From positions 14,375-78,374 of the forward strand of contig JAEEYU010000069.1 of NCBI GenBank assembly GCA_016288315.1: a DNA stretch of 64,000 bases. The letters are read 5' to 3'. Source of the stretch: Clostridiaceae bacterium. GTDB lineage: Bacteria; Bacillota; Clostridia; Oscillospirales; Acutalibacteraceae. The number at the start of each line of letters is the position of its first letter. The first letter of the stretch is position 1. The notes beneath the pieces are model-generated. The model saw only the letters and a program-made list of their open reading frames with translations. It was not told where the DNA came from and searched no databases. The position numbers were made by a program, and so were the translations under genes. Below, in pieces: positions 1 through 9,613 of the stretch.

Positions 1-581
1 TTTGAGATGAAGTTGAGAATAACTACCGCAATCTGCACCAGAACGGAAATAACCGCTCCGACAAGCGCCCAGTTTTTCATAACCTTTGCGCTTCTTGTGA
101 GATTAAGGAATCCGAGAAGGAATGCGCCGAAAACAATGAGATCGATTATCAGACACACGGCAATCAGAATAAATGCGACAAAAACGAGGGTTGTGTGCTG
201 ACTGAAAAGCGTGCTGCCGAGGAATACGGGCAGTTTCATAATCGAGCCGCCGGTGAAGCCCTGGATTATTCCGATAAGCCCCGCAGAAAACGAGCCGTCA
301 TAAAACGGAACGGAATACTTTACGGTTGCGAGCGGAACGAGCAGAGCGCATACGCCGAGGATGGCAAAAACCATTCTGATAATCTGAAGCTTGCCGCCGA
401 TGAACTGCGCTTTGATTCTTGCAATCACCATACGCGCAACAGCGCTTTCAAGCTCTGTGCGTTTGGCGTCACGCATAAGGCCGTCGTTCTGCGTGTAATA
501 CATAATATTAACGCCGCAGTGCTTACAGTTGGGTTTGAGATCATAGAACGGTATCTCGCCCCCGCATTTGGGACATTTCAA
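1..581 (-). CDS. Zinc-ribbon (CxxC...CxxC) membrane protein, 3' end runs off the window
   Basis: Not in the ORF track. TTG at 581 follows GGAG. Reads MKCPKCGGEIPFYDLKPNCKHCGVNIMYY... then several hydrophobic segments, and stays open to position 1. Confidence 0.8.
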   Translation of the reverse strand, partial: MKCPKCGGEIPFYDLKPNCKHCGVNIMYYTQNDGLMRDAKRTELESAVARMVIARIKAQFIGGKLQIIRMVFAILGVCALLVPLATVKYSVPFYDGSFSAGLIGIIQGFTGGSIMKLPVFLGSTLFSQHTTLVFVAFILIAVCLIIDLIVFGAFLLGFLNLTRSAKVMKNWALVGAVISVLVQIAVVILNFIS

Positions 582-614
582 TGTATCAACTCCATTCTTT
601 ATATTGGTGAATTC

Positions 615-1694
615 TCATATTTTTTCGGAAAGAACCGTTTTGCCCTCGCTTGTTGTGAAGTCAACGGTTATTCCGTCTTTATCAAATGTAATGCCAGAGC
701 CGCCGAGACAGTTGTCGCGGCGAAACGTGCCCACTACCGTCGGGCAGGGTGAAGGGAACCTTGCGTATTCCGAGCCGTTGCGCATAATCTCATATCTGTG
801 CAGGTGGGCGCTGAAAATTGCTTCGGGCTTTATTGTTCCGAGAAGCTTTGTCCATTCGGAAAAAGTCTTTTCTTCAATGGTAAAAAGCTTGCCCATATCA
901 CGTATGAACGGAACGTGCGAGACGACTATTCTGTGTTCAACGCCCGGCGCTTCATATTCATTTTCTGAATCTGCGATTATTCTTTTTATAAATTCCGTCT
1001 GCTGCCGTCTGTATTGTGAGAAGTCAGCGCTGCCGCCGTATTCGGCGTTGTCATCTTCTTTGTCTTCTCCGCAGTCGAGCACAAGCCCCCATATTCCGCC
1101 GAGGCGGAATGTGTAAAAAAGAGTATCTCCGCTGCCGACGGGGAAAAAGTTATGGAATATTTCTGCCGCCGCTCCCCTGTTCTCGTGGTTGCCTTTGGCA
1201 AAAATTGCGGGAATTTCACCGCCCGTAAGGCGTGCGGCAACGTTGTGGGGCGTTTCAAAATCACGCACCCTGTCGCACTTGTTGGGCATATCGCCGTTGA
1301 GAATCAGAAAATCAAAGGCACCGAAGGATTTTGCCGATTTGATTACATTCTCAATGTCTCCGTGAGCGTCGCCGGTCATAAACGCCCTGACCGCTGTTCC
1401 GCTTTTTACGGGGCGGAATTTATATTTGTTCTCGGTTGTTTTTATTATTTTCGGATTGTATGCCACACGGGCGAGAAGATTTTGTGTTACTACTGTATAT
1501 TCACCGCATTCATCAAGCAGGGAGCGGGGAACGCGGACCCTGCGCATTCCCTTAGCAGAGCGCATAACACCGCACACGCTGTCTTTAAACTCTCTGCCTC
1601 CTATTACAACCTTTGCATAGGCCGTGCAGCGGACGTAAAACATAATCTGATATTCATCACCGACGGCATATACCACGGGAGCAGTTGAAAACAT
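615..1694 (-). CDS. Calcineurin-like metallophosphoesterase (purple acid phosphatase-like)
   Basis: Motifs GDAHG, GDM, GNHE, HVP and HLH in order. Confidence 0.85.
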   Translation of the reverse strand: MFSTAPVVYAVGDEYQIMFYVRCTAYAKVVIGGREFKDSVCGVMRSAKGMRRVRVPRSLLDECGEYTVVTQNLLARVAYNPKIIKTTENKYKFRPVKSGTAVRAFMTGDAHGDIENVIKSAKSFGAFDFLILNGDMPNKCDRVRDFETPHNVAARLTGGEIPAIFAKGNHENRGAAAEIFHNFFPVGSGDTLFYTFRLGGIWGLVLDCGEDKEDDNAEYGGSADFSQYRRQQTEFIKRIIADSENEYEAPGVEHRIVVSHVPFIRDMGKLFTIEEKTFSEWTKLLGTIKPEAIFSAHLHRYEIMRNGSEYARFPSPCPTVVGTFRRDNCLGGSGITFDKDGITVDFTTSEGKTVLSEKI

Positions 1695-1725
1695 CTCTCA
1701 CACTTCCGATAAAACTATTTTTGGC

Positions 1726-1750
1726 AAATTGCATAGTTTTTATGCAATTT
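1726..1750. promoter_or_regulatory. Perfect 10-5-10 inverted repeat, candidate operator
   Basis: AAATTGCATA-GTTTT-TATGCAATTT, just downstream of the predicted minus-strand promoter. Confidence 0.45.
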
Positions 1751-1763
1751 TGATTTAATTTAT

Positions 1764-1792
1764 ATAATATATTATTTTAAGAGTTTTGTAAA
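1764..1792 (-). promoter_or_regulatory. sigmaA promoter for the phosphoesterase operon
   Basis: TTTACA-17 bp-TATTAT on the minus strand. Confidence 0.5.
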
Positions 1793-1860
1793 GTAACATT
1801 ATTTTTGTTAAGTGCATCCAACCGGACGGAAGCCCCGGGACGTTTTGGCTGTTTGCTTGC

Positions 1861-1889
1861 TTGACTTTTAACAAAGCGGGTTGTATTAT
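1861..1889 (+). promoter_or_regulatory. sigmaA promoter for the COG0523 gene
   Basis: TTGACT-17 bp-TATTAT. Confidence 0.6.
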
Positions 1890-1933
1890 ATAGCAGATTT
1901 AATATTATATTTAAGTTTGTAAAGGAGCAGAAA

Positions 1934-3253
1934 ATGTTAAGGATTCTCAACAACAAGAAAAAGCTCATTCCCGTTTCACTTCTCACGGGTTATCTCGGCG
2001 CGGGCAAAACGACCCTGCTCAACCACGTGCTTTCAAACCAGGAGGGCTACAAGGTTGCGGTAATCGTCAACGACATAGGCGAAGTCAACATTGATGAAAC
2101 GCTCATTCAGAGGGGCGGTTCCGTCCAGGGCAACGACAGTCTTGTTCCGCTTTCAAACGGCTGCATATGCTGCACGCTTGCAACCGACCTTATGAACCAG
2201 ATAATCGACCTTGCAAAGAGCAAAAAATTTGACTACATTCTCATTGAGGCGTCGGGCATCTGCGAACCCGCTCCGATAGCAAATTCAATATGCATGCTTG
2301 ACGGCACGGACCCGAGCGTGAAAATTCCGGGCGTTGCCTACCTTGACAACATAACCACGGTTGTTGACGCAAAACGCATGGCAGACGAATTCGGCTCAGG
2401 CAAGGCGCTTCTCAATGACAATCTTGAAGAGGATGATATTGAGAACCTGCTTATTCAGCAGATTGAATACTGCACGACAATTATTCTCAACAAGCTCGAC
2501 CTTGTCACGGATGAAGAGAAAAAAGCGGTGCTTGAGGTTATCAAAGCCCTTCAGCCCGAGGCAAAAATCATTGAAACCGAAAACGGTGTGGTCGATGTTG
2601 CCGAAATACTTTCAACCGGCCGCTTTGATTATGAAAAGATTTTTGAGAGCGCCGGCTGGATAAAGGCCTTCCAGGCGGAAAACGAAGAAGATGAAGATGA
2701 TGATGACGACGATGAAGATGAGCACGAGCATCATCACCACGACGATGACGATGACGAAGATGAACACGAGCACCACCATCACGACGACGATGATGACGAC
2801 GATGACGACGAGCACGAGCATCATCACGGCGGGCATCACCATCACCACCATCACCACGATGAGGGCGAGGCGGAGGAATACGGCATAGGCACCTTTGTTT
2901 ACCAGAACGTAAAGCCGTTTTCAAAGGATAAATTTGAAGACTTCGTTTTCGGTCACTGGCCGGCAAACGTTATCCGCGCAAAGGGACTTTTCTGGATTGA
3001 GGACGACCCGCAGACGGCTTATATCTTTGAGCAGAGCGGCAAGCAGAAAACCGCAAGGGGCGACGGCAGCTGGATAGCCGCCTTCCCCGAAAAAGAGAAG
3101 AAAGAGATTCTTGCGGAGAATCCCGACATAGCCGCCGCCTGGGACCCTGTTTACGGCGACCGCTGCAACAAGCTTGTTTTCATCGGCAGAAATATGGATA
3201 AAAAAGCGATTATCGCAGCTCTTGACAACTGCATAGCGGACGACGTGATTTGA
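1934..3253 (+). CDS. COG0523 / CobW-family G3E GTPase metallochaperone (likely Zn)
   Basis: Walker A GYLGAGKT, metal motif GCICC, EASG, NKLD, a His/Asp-rich insert and a CobW_C-like tail (RAKGLFW...LVFIG). SD AAGGAG. Confidence 0.93.
   Translation: MLRILNNKKKLIPVSLLTGYLGAGKTTLLNHVLSNQEGYKVAVIVNDIGEVNIDETLIQRGGSVQGNDSLVPLSNGCICCTLATDLMNQIIDLAKSKKFDYILIEASGICEPAPIANSICMLDGTDPSVKIPGVAYLDNITTVVDAKRMADEFGSGKALLNDNLEEDDIENLLIQQIEYCTTIILNKLDLVTDEEKKAVLEVIKALQPEAKIIETENGVVDVAEILSTGRFDYEKIFESAGWIKAFQAENEEDEDDDDDDEDEHEHHHHDDDDDEDEHEHHHHDDDDDDDDDEHEHHHGGHHHHHHHHDEGEAEEYGIGTFVYQNVKPFSKDKFEDFVFGHWPANVIRAKGLFWIEDDPQTAYIFEQSGKQKTARGDGSWIAAFPEKEKKEILAENPDIAAAWDPVYGDRCNKLVFIGRNMDKKAIIAALDNCIADDVI
2683..2860 (+). 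repeat. Three imperfect ~42-45 bp tandem units encoding (D)nEHEHHH(H), then poly-His
   Basis: Repeated GAY runs plus GARCACGAGCAYCAYCA, read directly from the sequence. Confidence 0.85.
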
Positions 3254-3264
3254 TTGAACATTTT

Positions 3265-3292
3265 AAAGCGGCACAGGTTTTGTGCCGCTTTT
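3265..3292 (+). terminator. Rho-independent terminator
   Basis: AAAGCGGCACA-ggttt-TGTGCCGCTTTT. Confidence 0.8.
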
Positions 3293-3366
3293 GGTTTAAC
3301 GGGATATTGTAAACTCTCAAATCAGTGTGTTATAATAATTATATATTGCTGAAGGCAGGTGATTGC

Positions 3367-4800
3367 GTGACCAGAATTGCAAAAAACATAAAAAAGCAGC
3401 GGATTATGTCGGGGATGAGTATTGAAGAATTTGCCGGCCTTGCTGCGGTTGATGCTGCGACGGCTTCCGCCTGGGAGAGCGGACGCATTGACCCAGACAT
3501 AAAAACTCTTGGGCTTATTGCGGAGATACTCGGCACGCAGGCGGAGGCGCTTATCTACGGCAAGAGGGCAAAACAGAGCGCAGATGCAGGCGCAGACAGA
3601 AGCATTCTTATTACCGTGCTGACGGTTATGGGCTCGCTGCTGACGGTTGCGGGGCTTGTTATCCTTTTTGTGACACTGTATCAGAAGCTTGAGATTATGA
3701 GAGATATTCTCTCGTTTGTTCCGCTTTTAATCGGTTTTGCCTGCGCTTTTTTTGCCGGAACAAAGAAAAAAGGCAGTGCTGTCTGGAACGAGGGCAGCGC
3801 CGCCGTCTGGACTGCGAGCACCGTCATCACCCTTGCGCTCGCATCCGGCTCGCGTAATTCCGGGCTTGAATCGGACGCTATGCTTCTTCTTGTTATTATT
3901 TCGGTTCTGCCCGTTACGCTTTTAATGAAGGCGATTGTTCCCTGCCTCACCGAAATCTATGCGTTGACGCATTTTGCATTTTATCTGCAGACATCTGTGC
4001 GGGCAATTCCGTGCCTTATAACCGGGATAATACACTGCGCCGTTCTTATTGCAGGGTTTGTTTACCTTATAAAAGCTTACCCGCAGACGGAGGTAAAAAC
4101 CAAGTTTCTGAAAGCCGTGACACTTGCCGTTGCCGCCGTTTCGGCATTTATTCACACCTGCATTTTTGTTTATAAAATTGATGACGGGCTGAGTCTTGAG
4201 TATTTTGTTTTTATTCTGCTCGGCGCTGTGTGTGCGGCGGCAGTGAATGCCGCAGGCGCTTTCAAACGGAATATTACAAACTGCGCCGAAGCGCTGCTCG
4301 CCGTTTGTGTGCTTGTTGTTTCATTTCTTATTGCAGACAATGACTTTGTTGACGGAAAAGCCGTAATCTATGTATGCTTATTTATCTTCAGCGCCCTTGT
4401 GGCTGCTGGTTCCGCTGTTTATGCATACACATCCGGCGGATTCAACATTCTCAACTTTGCAGAATCGCTTTTTATTCCCGTTTTTGCCTTTATAATTGTT
4501 ATTTGCGCAGGCAGAGAAAACATTGACGGCACCTTCACCGTGCCTGCCGTAATTCTCTCGCTTATTCTGGGTGCGGTAATAATTGTTTCGGGTGTGCGCT
4601 CGGGCTCTCTTACAAAAACAAACACGGGTATGCTGACGGTTTGCGCGGTTGCGCTTTTCCTGATTATTTTCAGCGACGCTCCGCCGTTATTCAAAGGTCT
4701 TTCCGTTATGGCGGCAGGTATTGTGATTCTGGTAATAAACAGCCGTCTTATCCGTTCCTCGCGAAGAACAGCGTTAAAGGGGGAAGACGGAAATGCGTAA
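3367..4800 (+). CDS. XRE-family HTH fused to a multi-pass DUF2157-like membrane domain
   Basis: The N-terminal IAKNIKKQR...WESGRIDPD...LAEILG is HTH_3-like and is followed by about 12 hydrophobic helices. Likely start is GTG 3367 after GGTGA. The ORF-track start at 3325 overlaps an extended -10 (TGtTATAAT, 3328-3336). Confidence 0.75.
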   Translation: MTRIAKNIKKQRIMSGMSIEEFAGLAAVDAATASAWESGRIDPDIKTLGLIAEILGTQAEALIYGKRAKQSADAGADRSILITVLTVMGSLLTVAGLVILFVTLYQKLEIMRDILSFVPLLIGFACAFFAGTKKKGSAVWNEGSAAVWTASTVITLALASGSRNSGLESDAMLLLVIISVLPVTLLMKAIVPCLTEIYALTHFAFYLQTSVRAIPCLITGIIHCAVLIAGFVYLIKAYPQTEVKTKFLKAVTLAVAAVSAFIHTCIFVYKIDDGLSLEYFVFILLGAVCAAAVNAAGAFKRNITNCAEALLAVCVLVVSFLIADNDFVDGKAVIYVCLFIFSALVAAGSAVYAYTSGGFNILNFAESLFIPVFAFIIVICAGRENIDGTFTVPAVILSLILGAVIIVSGVRSGSLTKTNTGMLTVCAVALFLIIFSDAPPLFKGLSVMAAGIVILVINSRLIRSSRRTALKGEDGNA

Positions 4801-5296
4801 AAAACTCCTTGCGGCGCTCATCTTTCAGATTATTCTTGCCGTTGCGGTTCTGCTCTCACCTTACGGCATAACAAAGCTTATTGAAAAATTCGGCACCGAA
4901 GACGTGTTCACGGTTACGGAAGCCCATCTCTACGATTATTCCTTTGATGAAGACGAGAAGAATTACCAGCTTGATATGTCTGTTGTTCCCGACGGAAAAA
5001 ATGAAATAAAGCACGAATTATCCGGCACGGATGCAAACGGAAATTATTTCGGTTACAATCTTTCATCGGGTTCCGGCTCGGGATTCTGCATATACCGTTT
5101 CAGAGACGAAACTGCCCTGAAAAAGTTTGCGTCGGCTTTTGAGAACAGCGTCTATTATTCAGATGCGCTCAATTCTTTTGTAAAAAGCAATGACATTACG
5201 GTTGAAATTAAACATTTTTACAAATACATCACCGTCGAAGGCGTTTATGTCAACGGGGAAGAACTTGAGAAATTCACACTTGAAAAAGGATTTTAA
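4793..5296 (+). CDS. Membrane-anchored protein, probable divergent GDYXXLXY-family partner of DUF2157
   Basis: N-terminal TM and C-terminal EGVYVNGE. Overlaps the upstream stop. Assignment rests mostly on context. Confidence 0.5.
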   Translation: MRKKLLAALIFQIILAVAVLLSPYGITKLIEKFGTEDVFTVTEAHLYDYSFDEDEKNYQLDMSVVPDGKNEIKHELSGTDANGNYFGYNLSSGSGSGFCIYRFRDETALKKFASAFENSVYYSDALNSFVKSNDITVEIKHFYKYITVEGVYVNGEELEKFTLEKGF

Positions 5297-5302
5297 GCAT
5301 TA

Positions 5303-6025
5303 ATGAATAAAAAGGTTTTTTTAAGCGGTCTGCGTGACGGCGTGCCCGTAGGTCTCGGCTATTTTGTGGTTGCTTTTTCGCTCGGAATTACTGCAAAGGC
5401 ATCGGGCTTAAGTGCGCTTGCCGCATTTGTTGCGAGTGCTTCAAACCTCGCTTCCGCAGGTGAATATGCCGGCTTTACGGTTATCCGCGAGAACGGCTCG
5501 CTCATTGAAATGGCGTTGATGATTCTTGTTGCAAACTGCCGTTATATGCTTATGAGCGCCGCTCTCAGCCAGCGGCTCTCGCCTGAAATGCGCCCGTTTC
5601 ACCGCTTCACTCTCTCCTATTTTGTTACCGATGAACTGTTTGCTCTCAACATAGCAAGACCGGGTTATGTAAACCCGACATACGCTTACGGAACGCTCCT
5701 TGCCTCCGCACCCGCCTGGGCTGTGGGAACTGCTGTGGGCGTGCTTGCGGGCAGCATTCTGCCCAACCGTGTTGTTTCTGCGCTTAGCGTCGCGCTTTTC
5801 GGTATGTTTATTGCCATAATTATTCCGCCGGCAAAGAAGAACAAGGTAATTGCAGGGCTTGTTGTTATATGCTTTGCGCTGAGCGCAGGAGCAGAATATG
5901 CGCCTTTTATCAAAAATCTTTCATCTGGCACAAGAATCATAATACTCACGGTTGTCATATCGGCTGCCGCCGCTGTTCTTTTCCCGAAAAAGGACGAGGA
6001 AGAGGAGGCGCGCAATGAGGTATAA
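5303..6025 (+). CDS. azlC: AzlC-family branched-chain amino acid exporter
   Basis: GLRDGVPVGLGY, ASAGEY, NCRYMLMS and TDELFA motifs. Confidence 0.9.
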   Translation: MNKKVFLSGLRDGVPVGLGYFVVAFSLGITAKASGLSALAAFVASASNLASAGEYAGFTVIRENGSLIEMALMILVANCRYMLMSAALSQRLSPEMRPFHRFTLSYFVTDELFALNIARPGYVNPTYAYGTLLASAPAWAVGTAVGVLAGSILPNRVVSALSVALFGMFIAIIIPPAKKNKVIAGLVVICFALSAGAEYAPFIKNLSSGTRIIILTVVISAAAAVLFPKKDEEEEARNEV

Positions 6026-6323
6026 CATTTATATTTACATTCTTGTTATGGCAGGCGTAAGCTATCTTATAAGAATGCTGCCGATGACACTTATTCGCAA
6101 AAAGATTACAAACAGATTCATAAAATCTTTTTTGTATTATGTGCCTTATGTGATACTTTCGGTTATGACATTCCCCGCGATAATCGAGGTTACAAAAAGC
6201 CCTGTTTCGGGCGCCGTTGCCCTTGCAGCGGGAATTATTCTCGCTTTGTTCGGAGCAAATCTGATTGCGGTCTCCGCCGCCTGCTGTGCAGTGGTTTTTG
6301 TAACGGAAATGATTATGTTTTAA
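6015..6323 (+). CDS. azlD: AzlD-family small membrane subunit
   Basis: ATG 6015 after GGAGG. Contains SYLIRMLP...FLYYVPY and follows azlC. Confidence 0.88.
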   Translation: MRYNIYIYILVMAGVSYLIRMLPMTLIRKKITNRFIKSFLYYVPYVILSVMTFPAIIEVTKSPVSGAVALAAGIILALFGANLIAVSAACCAVVFVTEMIMF

Positions 6324-6335
6324 AAATGCATGTAA

Positions 6336-6365
6336 AAAAGCGGAAGGTTTTTGCCTTCCGCTTTA
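6336..6365. terminator. Bidirectional terminator
   Basis: AAAAGCGGAAGG / CCTTCCGCTTTT between convergent genes. Confidence 0.8.
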
Positions 6366-6369
6366 TTAT

Positions 6370-8007
6370 TTATATTTCGTTTTCAGCCGCCACAACGCTG
6401 CCGCCTGCGTAAATGTCGCGAAGCTTGGGCTTTTCAATTTTGCCAGTGGCGTTTCTCGGCACCTCGGCAAAAATTATCTTGCGCGGTCTTTTATATCTCG
6501 GCAGGTCGTTGCAGAAGGTGTTGATTTCATCCTCCGTGCATTCAAATCCCGGTTTGACTTCAATAATCGCACATGTGATTTCGCCCAGTCTTGCATCGGG
6601 AAGACCTATAACGGCGACATCCTTGATTGAGTCGTGTTTGCGTAAGAAATCCTCAATCTGAACGGGGTAAATATTCTCGCCGCCGCTGATAATAACATCC
6701 TTTTTGCGGTCAACGAGGAAGATGAAGCCGTCTTCATCCTGCATAGCCATATCGCCCGTGTAAAGCCAGCCGTCCTTGAGAACCTCGTTTGTTGCGGCGG
6801 GGTCTTTGTAATAGCATTTCATAACTCCCCTGCCCTTGACACAGAGCTCGCCTACCTCGCCCTGTTTGACGGTGTTGCCGTCGGTGTCAACTATTTTGAC
6901 CTCCCACTTGTAGCCGGGAACGCCGATTGCGCCGACCTTGTGGATATTCTCAACTCCGAGATGCACGCAGCCGGGACCGATTGACTCGCTCAGGCCGTAG
7001 TTTGTGTCATAATCATGGTGAGGGAAATACTTTTTCCAGCGGCGGATAAGACTGGGGGGAACGGGCTGTGCGCCAATATGCATAAGGCGCCACTGACTTA
7101 ATCTGTAGTTTTCGAGCTTGATGTCTCCGCGCTCGATTGCGTCAAGAATATCCTGAGCCCACGGCACGAGGAGCCAGACTATTGTGCAGTGCTCTTCTGA
7201 AACGGTGTTAATTATCCATTCGGGTTTTACGCCCCTGAGAATAACAGCGCGGCTGCCTGCAGCAAGGGAACCGAACCAGTGCATTTTTGCGCCCGTATGG
7301 TAAAGGGGCGGAATAAGCAGGAAGTTGTCGTCTCTTGTCTGACCGTGGTGTTTATGCTCAACCTCGCTTGATGAGAGTAAGCTCAGGTGGTTGTGAAGAA
7401 TCGCCTTGGGGAAGCCCGTTGTGCCCGATGAGAAATAGATTGCGGCATCGTCTTCATCCGTAATTACAATGCCGGGGTCTCTGCGGGTGAAGTAGGCAAT
7501 TTCTTTCTCATAATTCTTCGCAAAAACGGGTGTGTCCGCTTCGGTGCCGACAAAGTAATATTCTTTTATTCTCATACTGTCTTTAACGGCAATAATGCGC
7601 TCGGTGAATTCAGGACCGAAAATGAGAACGTCAATGTCTGCCAGATCAACGCAGTAGGCGATTTCATCGGCGGCATATCTGAAATTGAGGGGCACGACTA
7701 TTGCGCCCGTGCGAAGAATGCCAAAATAAATCGGCAGCCATTCAAGGCAGTTCATAAGCAGAATGCCGACTTTTTCGCCTTTTTTGATTCCTTTGTAGAG
7801 AAGGTGGTTTGCAAAACTGTTTGCTTTTTTGTCAAACTCCTTCCAGGTCATCTGCCTGCGGTAAACATCACCGGGTGAGGGCTCAACAAGGTTGTATTCC
7901 TTCCAGTCCGGGCGTTCGCGCACAAGAGGGTTTATTTCAACCAGTGCGACATCATCGCCGAAACTGTTCGCATTTCTGGTAAGCAAGTCGGTAATGGGCA
8001 TCTTCAT
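6370..8007 (-). CDS. Acyl-CoA synthetase / AMP-dependent ligase
   Basis: YFSSGTTGFPK, YGLSE, GWLYTGD, DRKKD..ISGGENIYP and PRNATGK motifs. Confidence 0.92.
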   Translation of the reverse strand: MKMPITDLLTRNANSFGDDVALVEINPLVRERPDWKEYNLVEPSPGDVYRRQMTWKEFDKKANSFANHLLYKGIKKGEKVGILLMNCLEWLPIYFGILRTGAIVVPLNFRYAADEIAYCVDLADIDVLIFGPEFTERIIAVKDSMRIKEYYFVGTEADTPVFAKNYEKEIAYFTRRDPGIVITDEDDAAIYFSSGTTGFPKAILHNHLSLLSSSEVEHKHHGQTRDDNFLLIPPLYHTGAKMHWFGSLAAGSRAVILRGVKPEWIINTVSEEHCTIVWLLVPWAQDILDAIERGDIKLENYRLSQWRLMHIGAQPVPPSLIRRWKKYFPHHDYDTNYGLSESIGPGCVHLGVENIHKVGAIGVPGYKWEVKIVDTDGNTVKQGEVGELCVKGRGVMKCYYKDPAATNEVLKDGWLYTGDMAMQDEDGFIFLVDRKKDVIISGGENIYPVQIEDFLRKHDSIKDVAVIGLPDARLGEITCAIIEVKPGFECTEDEINTFCNDLPRYKRPRKIIFAEVPRNATGKIEKPKLRDIYAGGSVVAAENEI

Positions 8008-8106
8008 TTCTCCTTTAGCAGTTAAAAGCTTTTATGTGTTAAAGCGCTGTATATAATAATAGCATTTTATTATTATTTGTCAAGTGACGGCGCATATATT
8101 TCGGGG

Positions 8107-8135
8107 TTGAAATCGGACGGCAAAAAACATATAAT
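8107..8135 (+). promoter_or_regulatory. sigmaA promoter
   Basis: TTGAAA-17 bp-TATAAT. Confidence 0.65.
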
Positions 8136-8167
8136 ATATTAAGCGCAACAAATTCAAGGAGTAAAAA

Positions 8168-8707
8168 ATGGAAAACAACAACATTCAGTTAAACGAAAAC
8201 GATATTAAAGAGCAGGCGCCTCAGCAGAAGTCGCTCAAAAAAGATATTCTTCAGTTTATCAAATACGCCTGTTTTGCCGCATCGGCGGGAGCTATTCAGA
8301 TAGGCAGCTTCACACTGATGAACGAGGTTCTTGTAAAGACGAGTTTTATTCAGTCGCTTATGCACAACCATGAGGGCTTTGCACGGATAATGCAGAACGA
8401 TTACGGTCCGATTTATCTTATTGCCCTTATTCTCTCGGTTCTGTGGAATTTCACCTTCAACCGCAAGTTCACATTCAAGGCGGCGAACAACATTCCGATA
8501 GCGATGCTCAAGGTTTTCGGATATTACCTTGTTTTTACACCCGTTTCGGTTATTCTCGGCAACTACTTCACGGCAAAATACGCTTCATTCAAGGCGATAG
8601 AATACATAGTGCTCGCCATCACGATGATAATAAACATGGTAACGGAGTTTCTGTTTCAGAAGTTTGTGGTTTTCAGAAACGCCGAAAACACAGCGAAGAA
8701 GAAATGA
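8168..8707 (+). CDS. GtrA-family membrane protein
   Basis: QFIKY, WNFTFNRKFTFK and FLFQKFVVF, with four TM segments. Confidence 0.85.
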   Translation: MENNNIQLNENDIKEQAPQQKSLKKDILQFIKYACFAASAGAIQIGSFTLMNEVLVKTSFIQSLMHNHEGFARIMQNDYGPIYLIALILSVLWNFTFNRKFTFKAANNIPIAMLKVFGYYLVFTPVSVILGNYFTAKYASFKAIEYIVLAITMIINMVTEFLFQKFVVFRNAENTAKKK

Positions 8708-8709
8708 TT

Positions 8710-8741
8710 AAACGGCTTACGGTTCTGATCGTAAGCCGTTT
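8710..8741. terminator. Bidirectional terminator
   Basis: AAACGGCTTACG / CGTAAGCCGTTT. Confidence 0.75.
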
Positions 8742-8762
8742 GTTTTATCTGTAATAATTTGT

Positions 8763-9539
8763 TTATGCGGCGATGTATTTTGCGATAATAGCATCGATGG
8801 TGCCGTCTGCCGTGAGTTCAGCAAGTGCGCCGTTGATGGCATCGAGAAGGTCTGTGTTCTCTTTTGCAACGCAGATTGCATAATTTTCTTCCTTGTAAGC
8901 GGTGTCAAGAATTGTAAGACCTTCGTTTGAAGCAACATAGCTCTTTGCGGGCTCGTTGTCAATAACAACGGCATCAACCTTGCCCGTTACGAGTGCCTGA
9001 ACGGCATCGTTGCCGGTCTTATACTGAATAACGTGGTCTGCGCCGAGGTCGTCGGTGATGTAGATGTCGCCGGTGGTGTCCTGCTGAACGCCGATTTTGA
9101 CATCCGCCTTTGCGGAAAGGTCATCAAATGATTTGAACTCGCTGCCTTCGGGGACGATTATTGACTGAATGCCTTTTGCATAGCTTGTTGAGAAGTTTAC
9201 GCTCTCAAGACGCACGTCTGTAACGGTCATACCCGCCATGCCGATATCGAACTTGCCGGACTGAACGCCGCCGATGATTGAGCCGAAATCAACATCCTGA
9301 ATTTCAAGAGTGAGACCGAGTTTTTCAGCGATAAGACCCGCTATTTCAACATCGATGCCGGCGAATCCGCCGTTGTCGTCAACGTATTCATAGGGAGGGA
9401 AGCTTGCGTTTGTTGCCATAACAAGTTTTTCTGTTGCGGAGGGATTCTCGGTTGAGGTTCCGTTGCCGCAGGCGCAAAGACTGCCGATTGCCATAACGAG
9501 GGCGAGAATGACTGCGGAAATTTTAATGATTCTTTTCAT
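8763..9539 (-). CDS. Polar amino acid ABC substrate-binding lipoprotein (family 3), orphan
   Basis: Lipobox LCAC; ATNASFPPYEY and GIDVEI motifs. ATG 9539 after AAGGAG. Own promoter TTGACT-17-TATAAT (9612-9584). No permease adjacent. Confidence 0.9.
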   Translation of the reverse strand: MKRIIKISAVILALVMAIGSLCACGNGTSTENPSATEKLVMATNASFPPYEYVDDNGGFAGIDVEIAGLIAEKLGLTLEIQDVDFGSIIGGVQSGKFDIGMAGMTVTDVRLESVNFSTSYAKGIQSIIVPEGSEFKSFDDLSAKADVKIGVQQDTTGDIYITDDLGADHVIQYKTGNDAVQALVTGKVDAVVIDNEPAKSYVASNEGLTILDTAYKEENYAICVAKENTDLLDAINGALAELTADGTIDAIIAKYIAA

Positions 9540-9613
9540 TTTCAATACTCCTTAAAAGCTTTTGTTTTAATAAAGTGTGATTAATTATATCCTTAAAACT
9601 TTAAAAAGTCAAA

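Noticed and set aside
7-1688. Plus-strand ORFs of 64-185 aa
   Set aside because: Antisense to the two well-supported minus-strand genes.
2568-2966. Alternative-frame ORFs over the His/Asp tract (poly-Val/Met/Arg-His)
   Set aside because: Shadow frames of the low-complexity repeat, with no SD or independent signal.
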